This document shows positions 63,654 to 64,000 of a stretch of DNA of 64,000 bases, in pieces; within the stretch, counting starts at the first letter, position 1, and every line of letters starts with the position of its first letter. The DNA is from Adineta vaga (taxonomy: Eukaryota; Animalia; Rotifera). Where the stretch lies: the NCBI GenBank assembly GCA_021613535.1, contig CP075492.1, forward strand, positions 62,001 through 126,000, given 5' to 3'. Both the position numbers and the translations under genes were made by a program. The notes beneath the pieces were generated by a model, which saw only the letters and a program-made list of their open reading frames with translations, had not been told where the DNA came from and searched no databases.

Positions 63654-63998
63654 ATGGTAAAAACTGAAAACTTATCGTTTATAGCTGCTGAAGAAACATC
63701 GACTGCGGGAATTGAAAAAGCAATGATGAAAGTAGTGATTAAAATAATAGAAAAACTAGTAGATAGAATAACTGAAAACGTAGCTGAAAAGATTCCATTT
63801 ATTGGAATTTGCTCCGGTATTGGATTTGCAACATGGAGAATCTTAGAAAATCCCGCATTTTCCTCAGCCTATGTCAAGGCAGGTTTTGAAATGTTATCTG
63901 GCATTGCTTCAACTATTCCTGGTGTTGGTACAACCTTTTCAATCGCTATTGACATTGTTCTTGTAGCGTTCGATATAAAAGAGGCAATGCAAAATTAA
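63654..63998 (+). CDS. Hydrophobic helical protein fragment, probably the 3' part of a truncated gene
   Basis: KIPFIGICSGIGFATWR...GFEMLSGIASTIPGVGTTFSIAIDIVLVAFDI; the ATG lies inside the telomere-adjacent CAAGATGG motif. Confidence 0.45.
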   Translation: MVKTENLSFIAAEETSTAGIEKAMMKVVIKIIEKLVDRITENVAEKIPFIGICSGIGFATWRILENPAFSSAYVKAGFEMLSGIASTIPGVGTTFSIAIDIVLVAFDIKEAMQN

Positions 63999-64000
63999 CA

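Overview
Very AT-rich eukaryotic DNA with short GT-AG introns and mixed TGTGGG/TGAGGG telomeric repeats, most consistent with a (sub)telomere-like region of a bdelloid rotifer (inferred from repeat type, Athena RT and gene families; species not determinable). Bases ~500-23420 are a giant Terminon-type retroelement. It has about 13 co-oriented ORFs: GIY-YIG nuclease, a TM protein, DEDDy exonuclease, Rep-like SF3 helicase, several coiled-coil ORFs and an endonuclease-less Athena/Penelope-like RT. The RT frame opens at a -1 slippery site followed by a predicted pseudoknot. The element ends in hammerhead ribozyme repeats joined to C-rich telomeric repeats that cut into a bacterial-type lactonase gene, and it carries an apparently intact Sola2 DNA transposon. 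Two more Terminon 3' ends (hammerhead plus telomeric repeats) lie on the minus strand at ~30.3 kb and ~49.3 kb. The rest is MITEs, a truncated Sola3 transposon, bacterial-like pseudogenes and host genes (MOXD1-like, WWE-ADP-ribosyltransferases, NHL, F-box, a Cys-rich peptide). Terminons are a described class. The least explained signal is a conserved non-telomeric tail (CCCTCAAGATGGTAAA...) of variable length fused to interstitial telomeric repeats at several unrelated loci, possibly a copy of the RNA that templates those repeats. All protein calls are from motif recognition by eye; no searches were run.
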